Shown here piece by piece: positions 48,903-59,302 of a DNA stretch of 64,000 nucleotides. The notes under the pieces were generated by a model, which had not been told where the DNA came from, did not search any database, and saw only the letters and a program-made list of their open reading frames with translations. The DNA is from an uncultured Acidobacteriaceae bacterium. Its GTDB lineage: Bacteria; Acidobacteriota; Terriglobia; Terriglobales; Acidobacteriaceae. The DNA is taken from positions 743,562 through 807,561 of the forward strand of contig CAWCBG010000002.1 of NCBI GenBank assembly GCA_963793845.1, given 5' to 3'. The first letter of the stretch is position 1; each line of letters opens with the position of its first letter. Made by a program: the position numbers and the translations under genes.

Positions 48903-49008
48903 GCCGACTGACGTCGGCTCGGGAGGACAAAATAAAGGCTTACCGGCACAGCTAAAGCTGTGCCCTTTCAAAACGTCGGCAGGGCTGAACCTGTGCTCTT
49001 TCAAATGA
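48903..49008 (+). repeat. repeat family B hairpins downstream of der
   Basis: gccgacTGACgtcggc; cggcacagcTAAAgctgtgccCTTTCAAAAC; and a degenerate second copy ggcagggctgaacctgtgctctttcaaatg. Confidence 0.6.
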
Positions 49009-49043
49009 GAGGGGTTAATCCCGCATTTAGAGGCAGGTTCGAG

Positions 49044-50495
49044 CTACTTCCGGTCGCGCGCTTCGTTCCCGCCGCGGTTCTTGATCCAGATAGGCGTCCC
49101 GACAAAGCCGAAGGCGGCGCGAATCTGGTTCTCCAGAAATCGCTCATAGGAGAAGTGCAGTTTCACTGCGCGATCGGTGAACAGAATGAAGGTGGGCGGT
49201 GACACGGCAGCCTGCGTCATGTAGAGAATCTTCACCCGCTTTGACATCGGCACGGAAGCACGCTCGAAGTCGACGCGGCTGATGAAGCGGTTCATCTCGC
49301 CGGTGCCGATGCGCTTGCGACGCTCGCGAGCTACCAGTTCCAGAGTCGAAAAGAGCTTCGACATATTCTGCCCCTTAACAGCCGAGACGAAAACCGCCGG
49401 GGCGTAGTTCAGGAACTTCAGGTGGCGGCGCATCTGCTCTTCGTAGATGGTCCTGTCGGCGGGAGGTTTTCCGTCGGTACGATTCGTGGTGACCAGGTCC
49501 CACTTGTTGACCACGATGATCACCGAGCGTCCGCTCTCGTGCGCGTAACCGGCGATGGTGGCGTCGCTGGCGGTGACGCCTTCGACGGCGTCGATCACAA
49601 TCATCGCAACATCGGCGGCTTCCAGATGTTTGCGCGCCATCACAACTGACAACTTCTCGGCCATCAGTTCCGTCTTGCCCTTGCGGCGAATGCCCGCGGT
49701 GTCGATGAAGCGGTACTTCTGGCCGTCGCGTTCAAAGACCTCGTCCACCGCATCGCGCGTGGTGCCCGCAACCGGCGAGACAATCGCACGACCTGTGCCG
49801 GTCAGCGCGTTCAGCAGGGTCGACTTGCCGACGTTCGGGCGGCCAATGATCGCGACCTTGACTTCCTTCGGCTCTGCCGACTCTTCCACTGCTTCGTCAC
49901 TGGCAGCCAGCTCCGGGACTTCCTCTTCGGCCTCCGGCTTACGCTGAGGCATGAGGCTGATCACGTGCTCCAGCAACTCAGCGAGGCCGTTGCCATTTTC
50001 AGCCGAAACAGGGAAGAGGTCCTTGATGCCGAGGCTGCGAAACTCTTCGGCGTAAGGCTCAAGCTGCGTCGTATCCACCTTGTTTACGGCGAGAAGAACC
50101 GGCTTGCCTGAGCGGATCAGCAACCGGGCAAGTTCCATGTCGGGAGCGGCCAATTCGGTGCGGCCATCCACCACCATCACGATGGCGTCGGCTTCGTCGA
50201 GCGCGACGCGGGCCTGGCGAAAGATCTCCGAGGGTATCAGCGCCTTGTCATCGGGCACGATGCCGCCGGTATCGACCACCCGCAGCCTGCGGCCGGCCCA
50301 TTCGATATCGCCGTACAGGCGGTCGCGGGTAATGCCGGGCTCGTCGCCCACAATGGCGCGCCGTGAACCTACCAGACGATTGAACAGCGTCGATTTGCCG
50401 ACGTTCGGCCTGCCCACGATGGCCAACGTGCCGAGCGCGGGCGCCTCTCCGCGGCTGGGCTTGGTTTTCGATTCGTAGTGAACGCGACGGGACAA
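49044..50495 (-). CDS. der: ribosome biogenesis GTPase Der (EngA), two GTPase domains + KH-like domain
   Basis: IVGRPNVGKSTLFN and IIGRPNVGKSTLLN with DTGG/DTAG and NKVD/NKWD. Trimmed to TTG 50495 (AAGGA upstream), because the ORF extension to 50573 is encoded by a family B repeat. Confidence 0.9.
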   Translation of the reverse strand: MSRRVHYESKTKPSRGEAPALGTLAIVGRPNVGKSTLFNRLVGSRRAIVGDEPGITRDRLYGDIEWAGRRLRVVDTGGIVPDDKALIPSEIFRQARVALDEADAIVMVVDGRTELAAPDMELARLLIRSGKPVLLAVNKVDTTQLEPYAEEFRSLGIKDLFPVSAENGNGLAELLEHVISLMPQRKPEAEEEVPELAASDEAVEESAEPKEVKVAIIGRPNVGKSTLLNALTGTGRAIVSPVAGTTRDAVDEVFERDGQKYRFIDTAGIRRKGKTELMAEKLSVVMARKHLEAADVAMIVIDAVEGVTASDATIAGYAHESGRSVIIVVNKWDLVTTNRTDGKPPADRTIYEEQMRRHLKFLNYAPAVFVSAVKGQNMSKLFSTLELVARERRKRIGTGEMNRFISRVDFERASVPMSKRVKILYMTQAAVSPPTFILFTDRAVKLHFSYERFLENQIRAAFGFVGTPIWIKNRGGNEARDRK

Positions 50496-50531
50496 TAGGA
50501 TCCTTGGCAGTAGGGGAGTAAGTGAACGATA

Positions 50532-50599
50532 GGGGCTAAAGCCCCGATCTATTAAATTGGATTTGTTCGGCACGGCTGAAGCCGTGCCCCTTCAAGACC
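50532..50599 (+). repeat. repeat family B hairpins upstream of der
   Basis: ggggcTAAAgcccc and cggcacggcTGAAgccgtgccCCTTCAAGAC. Confidence 0.6.
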
Positions 50600-50659
50600 G
50601 CTCGGATCGGGCAGTACACATGCCCTAGCAGCTATTATAGGGACAAGCTCCTTCACGCC

Positions 50660-52654
50660 GTGTCTTCCACGCCACAATCCGCTGCTTCGGTCGCACGGCT
50701 GCCGTCGTTGTACCAGTTCTTCGGGCCCGGCGGCGTGCTGGCGCGAACGCTGGACGCCTACGAGTTCCGTCGCGGACAGCTACAGATGGCCGAAGCCGTC
50801 GAACAGGCCCTGGAGGAGCGGCGACATCTGATCGTCGAGGCAGGAACAGGTACAGGCAAGACGCTGGCGTACCTGCTGCCGGTGATTCGCTCGGGCAAAC
50901 GCGTGATCATTTCGACGGGCACAAAGACGCTGCAGGAGCAGCTCTTCTTCAAGGACGTTCCCTTTCTCCAGTCGCATCTGGGCGAGCTGCGTGTGTGCTA
51001 CATGAAGGGTCGCGGCAACTATCTCTGCCGCAAGAAGCTTTACGACTTGGCCGAGCAGCCGATCCTCAACGGATTGGAGGAGATCAGCCACTTCAAGATC
51101 ATCAGCGACTGGGAGAAGCTCACCGAAACCGGCGACCGCGCCGAGCTGAGTGAGCTGCCGGAAAACAGCCAGCTCTGGCCCAAGCTCGACGCCCGCACCG
51201 ATCGCTGCATCGGCACCGCCTGTCAGCAGTTCGAGCGCTGTTTCATCACCGAGATGCGACGCCGTGCCGCCGAGAGTGACATCATCATCGTCAACCACCA
51301 CCTGTTCTGCGCCGACCTGGCGATCAAGGCCGAAGCCGAATACGCACCCGACGCCGGGGTGCTGCCGAATGCGGAAGCGGTGATCTTTGACGAGGCCCAC
51401 CAACTGGAAAATGTGGTTGGCGATTATTTCGGCGTGTCGGTGTCGAACCTCAGGGTGGACGACCTGCTGCGCGACGTCGATCAGGCTGCCCGGAAATCCG
51501 ATATTCCCGCCGCGGATATTCTTAGCGCGACCGCCTCCGTCCGCCAACAGTCGCAACTATTTTTCAGTACGCTTCCCCAAGGTGACGGCCGCTTCGCCTT
51601 CGATGACCGCGCGGCCTTTCTGGAAGAGCATGGCGACACCTACGGCAGCCTGCAGAATGCGTTGATGCACCTTCATTCGCTGCTCTACGCCGTCAAAGAC
51701 AAGCCGGACGATATCTACGGCGTCATGCGGCGGGTGGACGAACTCTCGGCCCACATTCGCTTCCTGCTGGAAGACCAGAACAGCAACATTGTCTTCTGGA
51801 TCGAGCGCCGTGGCGGCGGTCATGGCAGGCATCATCACAACGTCTTCCTGCAGGCGACGCCCATCGATGTCTCGGCTATCTTTCGTGAGCTTCTGCTGGA
51901 TCGCCTTGACACCGTCGTGTTCACGTCGGCAACGCTGGCAGTAAGCGGGGGATTCGAGTACCTGCGGGGTCGCCTTGGTCTCGACCATGCGCGCGAGTCG
52001 ATCATCCCTTCGCATTTCGACTACGAGAGTCAAGCCTTGCTATATGTCCCTCGCGACCTGCCCGAGCCGATGGATCCACGATTCGCTGAACGTGCTGCTG
52101 AAGTGGTGTCGAAACTATTGCGCATCACCAGCGGCCGCGCTTTTTGCCTGTTCACCAGCTATCGGCTGATGAAGGATTTGCACGAGAGGCTTATCGCCGA
52201 ACTGCCGTATCCATTGTTTCTCCAGGGCGACGCACCGAAAAAGGCGCTGCTGGAGGAGTTCCGCATGACCCCGAATGCGGTGCTATTTGCGACTGCGTCC
52301 TTCTGGCAGGGGGTGGACGTGCAGGGCGAGCAACTGAGTTGCGTCATCGTCGACCGGCTCCCGTTTGCAGTGCCGAATGATCCGATTGTCGCCGCGCGGG
52401 TCAAGGCGATCGCCGAGAATGGGGGCAACCCGTTCTACGAGTATCAAGTACCGAGCGCGGTGATCTCGTTGAAGCAGGGCTTCGGACGTCTGATTCGCTC
52501 GCTGCACGATCGTGGGTTGCTGTGCCTGCTCGACAACCGCATTCTGAAGAAGCAGTACGGACGGGTGTTCCTCGATAGCCTGCCGAATTACGGCCGGACC
52601 ACGGACCTGCGGAAGGTTGAAGAGTTCTTCGGAAGCAGCTTAGACGTGGCGTAA
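50660..52654 (+). CDS. dinG: ATP-dependent DNA helicase, DinG/XPD (Rad3) family with Fe-S Cys cluster
   Basis: EAGTGTGKTLAYLLP, four Cys (CYMKGRGNYLC..CIGTACQQFERC), DEAHQLE, and C-terminal FWQGVDVQGE..VIVDRLPF..LKQGFGRLIR. Confidence 0.85.
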   Translation: MSSTPQSAASVARLPSLYQFFGPGGVLARTLDAYEFRRGQLQMAEAVEQALEERRHLIVEAGTGTGKTLAYLLPVIRSGKRVIISTGTKTLQEQLFFKDVPFLQSHLGELRVCYMKGRGNYLCRKKLYDLAEQPILNGLEEISHFKIISDWEKLTETGDRAELSELPENSQLWPKLDARTDRCIGTACQQFERCFITEMRRRAAESDIIIVNHHLFCADLAIKAEAEYAPDAGVLPNAEAVIFDEAHQLENVVGDYFGVSVSNLRVDDLLRDVDQAARKSDIPAADILSATASVRQQSQLFFSTLPQGDGRFAFDDRAAFLEEHGDTYGSLQNALMHLHSLLYAVKDKPDDIYGVMRRVDELSAHIRFLLEDQNSNIVFWIERRGGGHGRHHHNVFLQATPIDVSAIFRELLLDRLDTVVFTSATLAVSGGFEYLRGRLGLDHARESIIPSHFDYESQALLYVPRDLPEPMDPRFAERAAEVVSKLLRITSGRAFCLFTSYRLMKDLHERLIAELPYPLFLQGDAPKKALLEEFRMTPNAVLFATASFWQGVDVQGEQLSCVIVDRLPFAVPNDPIVAARVKAIAENGGNPFYEYQVPSAVISLKQGFGRLIRSLHDRGLLCLLDNRILKKQYGRVFLDSLPNYGRTTDLRKVEEFFGSSLDVA

Positions 52655-52710
52655 ACGCGGCTGAATCACGTTAGAATAAAGTATTCGCCGCCCCCCGCCT
52701 ATTTGCGCCG

Positions 52711-53106
52711 ATGCGGCTGGAGATCATGTTCGAAGTCACTGTCGAAGACACATTTTCTGCGGGACACTTCCTGCGCAACTATCGCGGCAAGTGCGAAAAG
52801 CCGCACGGCCACAACTACCGCGTTCGCGTCACCCTGAGCGGAGAGACGCTCGATCAGGCCGGACTGCTGCTCGACTTCAAAGAGCTCAAGGACGTTCTGC
52901 GTCCGGTGATGAACTATCTCGACCACGAGATGATCAACGAGTTGGAACCGTTCACTACCATCAATCCCTCGGCCGAGAACCTGGCGAAGTATTTCTACGA
53001 TGAAACCAATTCGCGGCTGAAGACCAGCACCAACGGCCGGGTGCGGGTGAAGGATGTCACCATCTGGGAGACCGATACGACGACCGCCCGCTACTGCGAA
53101 TCGTAA
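52711..53106 (+). CDS. queD: 6-carboxy-5,6,7,8-tetrahydropterin synthase
   Basis: F.AGHFL..Y.GKCEKPHGHNY.V. Sits in the queD-queE-queC order. Confidence 0.85.
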   Translation: MRLEIMFEVTVEDTFSAGHFLRNYRGKCEKPHGHNYRVRVTLSGETLDQAGLLLDFKELKDVLRPVMNYLDHEMINELEPFTTINPSAENLAKYFYDETNSRLKTSTNGRVRVKDVTIWETDTTTARYCES

Positions 53107-53156
53107 TGGAACGCCAGCTTCCCGGGCCCGTTGGCAAATGCGTGAGCAGCCAGGTC

Positions 53157-53840
53157 ATGCAAATCATCGAAATCTACAAGTCGCTGCAGGGTGAGTCTTC
53201 CTATGCCGGGCTACCTTGCGTCTTCGTGCGGCTGGCAGGATGCAACCTGCGTTGCACCTGGTGCGACAGCGAGTACACCTTCAAGGGCGGACAAAAGATG
53301 ACGCTGGCCGAAATCGAGCACGAGGTGCATCGTCTCTCGCCAGACGGCGGACTGGTGGAGATCACCGGTGGCGAACCGCTCCTGCAGGAACGTGAAGCCG
53401 TCCCGCTGATGGATCAGTTGCTGGTTTCAGGTTATACAGTGCTGCTCGAAACCAGCGGGGAACGGCCGCTAGACCGGGTGCCGGATCACGTCGTGAAGAT
53501 CGTAGACGTGAAGTGTCCCGACTCAGGCGAGGGCGGCACTTTTCGCCATGAAAATCTTGCCTTTCTCACCCGTCGCGATGAGGTTAAGTTCGTGATTGCC
53601 AGCCGTCGCGACTACGAGTTCGCGCGGGATTTCACAAACCTGCATGCGCTCCATGCCCGTGTTCACTCGGTCATCTTTTCGCCCGCGTTTAGCAAGAGCG
53701 CCTCAGGAAGCCGGGATGTCTCGCACTGCCTGATCGATCCTCAGGCGCTCGCAGAGTGGATACTGGCTGACGGCCTTAGGGTGCGCCTGGGATTGCAGAT
53801 CCACAAATTCATCTGGGAGCCGTCTTTGAAGGGCGTCTAG
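53157..53840 (+). CDS. queE: 7-carboxy-7-deazaguanine synthase (radical SAM)
   Basis: IYKSLQGESSYAGLPCVFVRLAGCNLRCTWCDSEYTF. Start is taken at ATG 53157 rather than 53106. Confidence 0.85.
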   Translation: MQIIEIYKSLQGESSYAGLPCVFVRLAGCNLRCTWCDSEYTFKGGQKMTLAEIEHEVHRLSPDGGLVEITGGEPLLQEREAVPLMDQLLVSGYTVLLETSGERPLDRVPDHVVKIVDVKCPDSGEGGTFRHENLAFLTRRDEVKFVIASRRDYEFARDFTNLHALHARVHSVIFSPAFSKSASGSRDVSHCLIDPQALAEWILADGLRVRLGLQIHKFIWEPSLKGV

Positions 53841-53845
53841 TTGGT

Positions 53846-54556
53846 ATGAAGCAGAAGCCGACAGCTCGCGTCGTGGTCCTGCTCAGCGGAGGTATGGACT
53901 CTGCCGTCTGTGCCGCCCTGGCAGTGCGGGACTTTGGAGCCGACAAGACGGCAGCCCTCCATATCAGCTATGGTCAACGCACCGAGGCCCGGGAGCAGCA
54001 GTCCTTCCGGGAAATCTGCGACCGGCTGGGCATACGGACCCGTCTCGCGTTTGCCACCCCGTTCTTTCGAGCTATCGGAGGCTCGGCACTCACGGATGAG
54101 CAAATCGCCGTTCCTGACGCCCCGCCGGAGATCGGCTCGGAAATTCCCGTCACTTACGTACCGTTCCGCAACGCGCATTTCTTGGCCGCCGCGACCAGTT
54201 GGGCGGAGGTTTTGGGGGCAGAGCGCATCTACATAGGGGCCGTGGAGCAGGACAGTTCGGGCTATCCCGACTGCCGGCCGGAGTATTATCAAGCGTTCAA
54301 CGAGGCCATCCGAACGGGAACGAAAGAGGGAGCCATTCGGATTGAGACGCCTTTGATTGCCATGCGAAAAGCTTCTATTGTGACTCTTGGCCTTGAACTA
54401 AACGCTCCCTTCGATTTAACGTGGTCATGCTACAGCCGGTTGGATCAGGCTTGCGGTAGTTGTGACAGCTGCGTTTTGAGGTTGCGGGCCTTCGCAGCTG
54501 CCGGCGCGACCGATCCCATTTCTTACCAGCCCGCGGCTGCGGCACAGGATTCTTGA
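53846..54556 (+). CDS. queC: 7-cyano-7-deazaguanine synthase
   Basis: VVLLSGGMDSAV (PP-loop), YVPFRNAHFL and a C-terminal zinc cluster CY..QACGSCDSCVLR. Confidence 0.85.
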   Translation: MKQKPTARVVVLLSGGMDSAVCAALAVRDFGADKTAALHISYGQRTEAREQQSFREICDRLGIRTRLAFATPFFRAIGGSALTDEQIAVPDAPPEIGSEIPVTYVPFRNAHFLAAATSWAEVLGAERIYIGAVEQDSSGYPDCRPEYYQAFNEAIRTGTKEGAIRIETPLIAMRKASIVTLGLELNAPFDLTWSCYSRLDQACGSCDSCVLRLRAFAAAGATDPISYQPAAAAQDS

Positions 54557-54624
54557 CCGGCTCTAAAAGTTCTTCACAATCGCAATTCAAAATCGTTCTT
54601 AAGGTTGCACGCGCTGGAGGCGAA

Positions 54625-55665
54625 ATGAAAACTAACATCACGCTCGTAGTTCTCTTGGCCGTACTGATTGGATTATGCGCGGTTCCTGTTTTCGCTCAGG
54701 GAACGGGCACACTAAAGGGTGTCGTTAAAGACGAAGCAGGCAAACCCATCGTCGACGCCATCGTCGAGTTTACCGCTACGGATACGGGCCACAAGATTAC
54801 CCTGAAAACCGACAAGAACGGCGAGTTCTTCTCCGTGGGCGTGTCCGCCGGAATCTACAATGCGACTGTGACCAGCAACGGCAGGGTCATCGATACGCTT
54901 AATCAGATTCCGGTCAAGGCCAACGAAGAGCGCCTCCTTACCTTCGATCTTGCAAAGGACCGGGCGACGACAGGCGTCTCGGAAGAGCAGCTGAAGAAAA
55001 TCGAGGCGCAGAAGAAAGAAAACGAAAACATCAAGAATTTGAATGCTACTTTGAAGGAAGCGAAACAGTTGGAGCAGGCCGGCAACTGGGATCAGGCGGT
55101 TTCGGTTCTGCAACCGGTAGCCCAGGCGAATCCTGACAAGGACCTGCTTTGGGCCTATCTGGCGGATGCGTACACCGGAGACAAGAAATACCCCGAAGCG
55201 GCTGACGCCTATCAGAAGGCGCTTGCGATCAAGCCGACCTCTGGCGCCTATCACAACGGATTGGCTAACGCCTATGCCAAGTCGGGTCAGATCGACAAAG
55301 CCGTGGCTGAATACACTGCGGCCGCTCAGGCCGAACCGGCAAACGCAGCCATGTACTATTTCAACGAAGGCGCCGTCTTGACCAATGTCGGCAAGATCGA
55401 CGAGGCCCTCGCCGCCTTCGACAAGTGCATAGCGGCCGATCCAAATCGCGCCGACGCCTATTATTGGAAGGGCGTAAACATGATTGGAAAAGCCACCATG
55501 AAAGGCGACAAGATGGTGGCTCCGGATGGCACCGCGGAAGCCTTCAACAAGTATCTCGAACTGGCGCCGGATGGTAAGTATGCCCAGCCTTCGAAGGACA
55601 TGCTCGCCAGCATAGGATCGACGGTCCAGACCACCTATGGAAAGGGCAAGGCGCCAAAGAAATAG
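54625..55665 (+). CDS. secreted carboxypeptidase-regulatory-like domain + TPR-repeat protein
   Basis: Signal peptide, then GTLKGVVKDEAGKPIVDAIVEF..TDKNGEF, then several TPR-like A..Y..AL...P motifs. GGAGG lies upstream of ATG 54625. Confidence 0.65.
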   Translation: MKTNITLVVLLAVLIGLCAVPVFAQGTGTLKGVVKDEAGKPIVDAIVEFTATDTGHKITLKTDKNGEFFSVGVSAGIYNATVTSNGRVIDTLNQIPVKANEERLLTFDLAKDRATTGVSEEQLKKIEAQKKENENIKNLNATLKEAKQLEQAGNWDQAVSVLQPVAQANPDKDLLWAYLADAYTGDKKYPEAADAYQKALAIKPTSGAYHNGLANAYAKSGQIDKAVAEYTAAAQAEPANAAMYYFNEGAVLTNVGKIDEALAAFDKCIAADPNRADAYYWKGVNMIGKATMKGDKMVAPDGTAEAFNKYLELAPDGKYAQPSKDMLASIGSTVQTTYGKGKAPKK

Positions 55666-55688
55666 ACGCGTCGAGCCTTTGAAGTCAG

Positions 55689-55716
55689 AAGGGGGCGGCT
55701 CGGGCTGCCCCTTTTT
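55689..55716 (+). terminator. rho-independent terminator
   Basis: gggggc-ggctcgggct-gcccc followed by TTTTT. Confidence 0.6.
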
Positions 55717-55831
55717 ACTGGGATAGCCCCAAAGGGTATTGCGGGGGTTCGCACTAAGGCTTCCGCGGGCCAAACTCGGCTAGGTTTGGTCGATTCATTC
55801 CACTCCGATAGAATCCCTGCTGGCAGGCACG

Positions 55832-57076
55832 ATGAGTCCAGCAATCAGCACTCCGCTTCTGACTTTCCCGGAGGCCCGACAATTAGTGGAGGGCTACGCC
55901 AAGCAGGTCTCGCCCAGCGAGCCAGAGATGCTGCCTCTGCTCGAGGGTCTAGGGCTCGTGCTTGCGGAGGACCTGCATGCCGATCGCGACTTTCCTCCCT
56001 TTCCGCGAGCCACGCGCGATGGCTATGCGGTTCGCGCAGATGATGTGGCCGCGCTACCGGCGCGCCTGCAGTGCGTGGGTGAAATCAAGGCGGGCGGCGC
56101 TGACGGCCAGCCCGACCTCACGATTGGTCTTGGCGAGACTGCGGAGATCATGACTGGTGCTCCAGTTCCAGCGGGCGCCGATGCCGTCGTCATGGTGGAA
56201 TACAGCGAGCGCCATCGCGACATGGTGACGCTGACTCGCTCCGTCCAGCATGGCGAGAATGTGGTGGCCGCTGGATCGGAGGCTCGTAAAGGCTCGATCG
56301 TGGTGGGCCGCGGTACCCGGATCAACCAGGCGGTCGTGGCGGTCGCTGCGGCACTCGGACGGCCGGAAGTCGCCGTGCAGCGACGCCCCCGGGTTGCGAT
56401 CCTGGCAACCGGCGACGAACTCGTGGACATCAACCTGCCTCCCGGACCAAGCCAGATTCGCAATTCCAATACCTACTCGCTGGCGGCACAAGTGCACGCG
56501 GCCGGCGGGATTCCTGTGCTTCTTCCCGTGGCCCGCGACGAGCCAGACGACTTAGCAGTGCTGCTGGGCCGGGGCTTTGCAGCCGACCTGCTGTTGCTGA
56601 CGGGCGGCGTCTCGATGGGCAAGTACGACCTGGTGGAACCGGCGCTCGCCGCCCTCGGCGCTCGCTTCTTCTTCACTGGCGTGAGCATGCAACCCGGCAA
56701 ACCGGTTGTCTTCGGGGAGGCAACCTACGATGGCCGTAGCGTGCCATTCTTCGGACTTCCGGGCAATCCGGTGTCAACCATGGTGACGTTCCAGTTGTTC
56801 GCTCAGCCATTGATTGACGCACTTTCCGGTGGTGTTCCACGCGCCCTGAATTTTGCTCAGGCATCTCTCAAAGCGGAGTTCAAGACCAAGACCGGGTTAA
56901 CTCGTTTCCTTCCAGCGAAACTTGGTGGAAACTTCCAGCTGCCTGAGGTGGAAATTACACGCTGGCAAGGTTCCGGAGACTTGATGGCGGTAGCTCGCTC
57001 CAACTGCTACATTGTGGTACCTCCGGATCGCGAGCAGTTTGCCTCCGGCGAAGTAGTCACGGTGTTGCTGTTCTGA
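55832..57076 (+). CDS. moeA: molybdopterin molybdotransferase
   Basis: [40 protein letters not shown] and GLPGNPVS. Confidence 0.85.
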   Translation: MSPAISTPLLTFPEARQLVEGYAKQVSPSEPEMLPLLEGLGLVLAEDLHADRDFPPFPRATRDGYAVRADDVAALPARLQCVGEIKAGGADGQPDLTIGLGETAEIMTGAPVPAGADAVVMVEYSERHRDMVTLTRSVQHGENVVAAGSEARKGSIVVGRGTRINQAVVAVAAALGRPEVAVQRRPRVAILATGDELVDINLPPGPSQIRNSNTYSLAAQVHAAGGIPVLLPVARDEPDDLAVLLGRGFAADLLLLTGGVSMGKYDLVEPALAALGARFFFTGVSMQPGKPVVFGEATYDGRSVPFFGLPGNPVSTMVTFQLFAQPLIDALSGGVPRALNFAQASLKAEFKTKTGLTRFLPAKLGGNFQLPEVEITRWQGSGDLMAVARSNCYIVVPPDREQFASGEVVTVLLF

Positions 57077-57087
57077 TACCAGCAGTC

Positions 57088-57588
57088 ATGCCCAAGCCGA
57101 AAAACAAAGCGAAGAAGCTCTCGCACTACGACAGTGCCGGTCGCGCCTCGATGGTAGATGTCTCGGCCAAGCAGCCGACGCTGCGTGAGGCCGAGGCCCA
57201 CGCGTTCGTTGCGATGAAACGGGACGTCCTCGACGCACTGCCGCGCAATCCCAAGGGCGACCCGCTGGAGGTCGCACGAGTCGCGGGAATTATGGCCGCC
57301 AAACGCACCTCCGAACTGATTCCCATGTGCCATCCGTTACCTCTTAGCAAGGTCGACGTGCAGCTCGAAATAGAGCAAAAGGGCATCGCGATTCGAACCC
57401 TCGCCCGCACGACGGCGGCCACCGGCGTCGAAATGGAAGCGCTCGTTGCGGCCTCGGTCGCTGCCCTCACCATCTATGACATGTGCAAGGCTCTGGACAA
57501 GGGAATCGAGATCCGCGAGATCACATTGGAGCGCAAGTCCGGCGGCAAGAGTGGAGATTACGTGCGGCGCGCGCCGGGCAAGCCATGA
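57088..57588 (+). CDS. moaC: cyclic pyranopterin monophosphate synthase
   Basis: [60 protein letters not shown]. Confidence 0.9.
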   Translation: MPKPKNKAKKLSHYDSAGRASMVDVSAKQPTLREAEAHAFVAMKRDVLDALPRNPKGDPLEVARVAGIMAAKRTSELIPMCHPLPLSKVDVQLEIEQKGIAIRTLARTTAATGVEMEALVAASVAALTIYDMCKALDKGIEIREITLERKSGGKSGDYVRRAPGKP

Positions 57589-58067
57589 AAACCGCTGCTG
57601 TCGTCACCGTGAGCGATTCTGCCTCGCGCGGCGAGCGTACCGATCTGTCTGGTCCGGCAACTGCTGAGCTCCTGCGGCAACATGGTTTCGAGATAATGCA
57701 ACAGAAAGTGGTTCCTGACGAGCAGCCGGAGATCGAGCGGAGTCTGGCCGCCCTGAGCGAACAGGTACAGCTGATCGTCACTACCGGCGGCACCGGCATC
57801 GCCGAACGTGACTTCACGCCTGAGGCGACGCGCGCCGTCTGCTCGCGCCTGATTGAGGGAATTCCTGAGAAGATGCGGGCTGCAGGCCTGGAGAAGACGC
57901 CGTTCGCTGTCCTGAGCCGGGGAATCTGTGGCGTTCGTGGCCGGACTCTGATTCTGAATTTGCCGGGCAGCCCCAGCGGCGCGGCTGAATCGCTGCAGTC
58001 CGTCATAAAAATTCTGCCACATGTCCTTGACCTGCTGGCTGGAAAGACCGGACACCAGGAACCATGA
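57585..58067 (+). CDS. mog: MogA/MoaB-family molybdenum cofactor biosynthesis protein
   Basis: ATGA overlap with moaC. Contains [19 protein letters not shown] and LPGSPSGA. Confidence 0.8.
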   Translation: MKTAAVVTVSDSASRGERTDLSGPATAELLRQHGFEIMQQKVVPDEQPEIERSLAALSEQVQLIVTTGGTGIAERDFTPEATRAVCSRLIEGIPEKMRAAGLEKTPFAVLSRGICGVRGRTLILNLPGSPSGAAESLQSVIKILPHVLDLLAGKTGHQEP

Positions 58068-58095
58068 TCCATCCGCTGCCGCCACAAGGAGACAT

Positions 58096-59193
58096 TTGGA
58101 TCCGCTCACCCATTTTCTGACCGGAGCCTGCATGGGCCGCTCTGGCTTCAATCGCAAGACCGCCCTGGCCACAATGACCATGGTGCTGGCGGCCGAGGCC
58201 GCCGATGTCGACGTAGTTTGGGCTCTCAAGAGCTCAATCGCGGGACTGCAGCACCATCGCGGCATCACGCATTCCTTCGTTGGGGTTCCGTTCATTGCGG
58301 CTGCGACCCTGGGGTTCGTCTATCTGTGGTCGCGTTTCCGCGACCGCTTCCCGTGGCCGCGCAAGCGCAAGGCTCGCGCCTCCGCCGCTGAGTTGCCGCC
58401 GCGTTGGGGTTATCTCTACTTCCTGGCGGTGCTGGCAGCGCTCAGCCACCTGCTGCTCGACTACACCACCGCCTATGGCATCCGGCTGTTCGAGCCGTTC
58501 AACTATCGCTGGTATTCATGGGACATTGTCTCCATCATCGAGCCGCTGATGCTGCTGGCGCTGATCGCCGGGCTCACGCTCCCCTCTCTGTTCAGCCTGA
58601 TTAACCAGGAGATTGGGGCGCGCAGCAAAGGTCCCGGCGGCCGGGGCGGCGCCATCTTCGCCCTCATTTGTCTGGTGCTGATTTGGGGCATCCGGGATTA
58701 CCAGCATCGCCGAGCCCTCGGCGCCCTGGACGCTATCACCTATCGGGGAGCCGATCCTCTCCGCGTAGCTGCCTATCCATACATGGTGAACCCCTTCCGC
58801 TGGCACGGCGTCGTCGAGACCGCGGACTTCTTTCGCACGGTGCCGGTTAATTCCCTCGGCCCGGAAGTCGATCCCCACTCCGAAGGACTGACTTATTACA
58901 AACCGGCAGAAACACCTGTGACGTTGGCGGCGAAGTCGTCTTACATGGGAAGCGTTTATCTCGATTGGGCCGTCTTTCCTTATCTGCAAACCCAAAAACT
59001 GGAAGGACGCATGCCGGGCTACCTGGTCGAGTTCCAGGACCTTCGCTACAGCTATCCTGATACGCGCGGTGGACGTCCGCCCCTGTCTGGATATGTCCTA
59101 CTTAGCCCTGATCTGCAAGTCGAGGAGGAGGGAATGAACTCGAGCCACTCGCCAACCGTAGAGAAACTGGAACAAGCAGAGCCCCCAAACTAG
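58096..59193 (+). CDS. membrane-bound metal-dependent hydrolase (YbcI/DUF457 family)
   Basis: TTG 58096 after AAGGAG gives MDPLTHFLTGA... Contains HRGITHS and several TM helices. Confidence 0.65.
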   Translation: MDPLTHFLTGACMGRSGFNRKTALATMTMVLAAEAADVDVVWALKSSIAGLQHHRGITHSFVGVPFIAAATLGFVYLWSRFRDRFPWPRKRKARASAAELPPRWGYLYFLAVLAALSHLLLDYTTAYGIRLFEPFNYRWYSWDIVSIIEPLMLLALIAGLTLPSLFSLINQEIGARSKGPGGRGGAIFALICLVLIWGIRDYQHRRALGALDAITYRGADPLRVAAYPYMVNPFRWHGVVETADFFRTVPVNSLGPEVDPHSEGLTYYKPAETPVTLAAKSSYMGSVYLDWAVFPYLQTQKLEGRMPGYLVEFQDLRYSYPDTRGGRPPLSGYVLLSPDLQVEEEGMNSSHSPTVEKLEQAEPPN

Positions 59194-59302
59194 TTTGTAT
59201 TTTCACTGGGGAGAATAGATAATTGCTTCACAGGTAACGACCGCTTGACGGACCGCGAACCTGCATACAGAATCAAGAAGCGCCATACCCTAAGAGGTGA
59301 TC

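Noticed and set aside
50660-54556. A DinG-family helicase next to queD-queE-queC, considered as a possible Dpd-like 7-deazaguanine DNA-modification/defence cluster.
   Set aside because: There is no TGT-like transglycosylase (DpdA), no DpdB/C and no other dpd-type genes. The composition is host-like. queDEC alone is the standard preQ0/queuosine pathway, and DinG is a common housekeeping helicase. Adjacency is most simply coincidental.
55717-55831. The 115-nt leader upstream of moeA as a possible Moco riboswitch, and the 52655..52710 spacer as a possible preQ1 riboswitch.
   Set aside because: I could not find the conserved core sequences I remember for either motif. A covariance-model scan (Rfam RF01055, RF00522) would be needed, so no claim is made.
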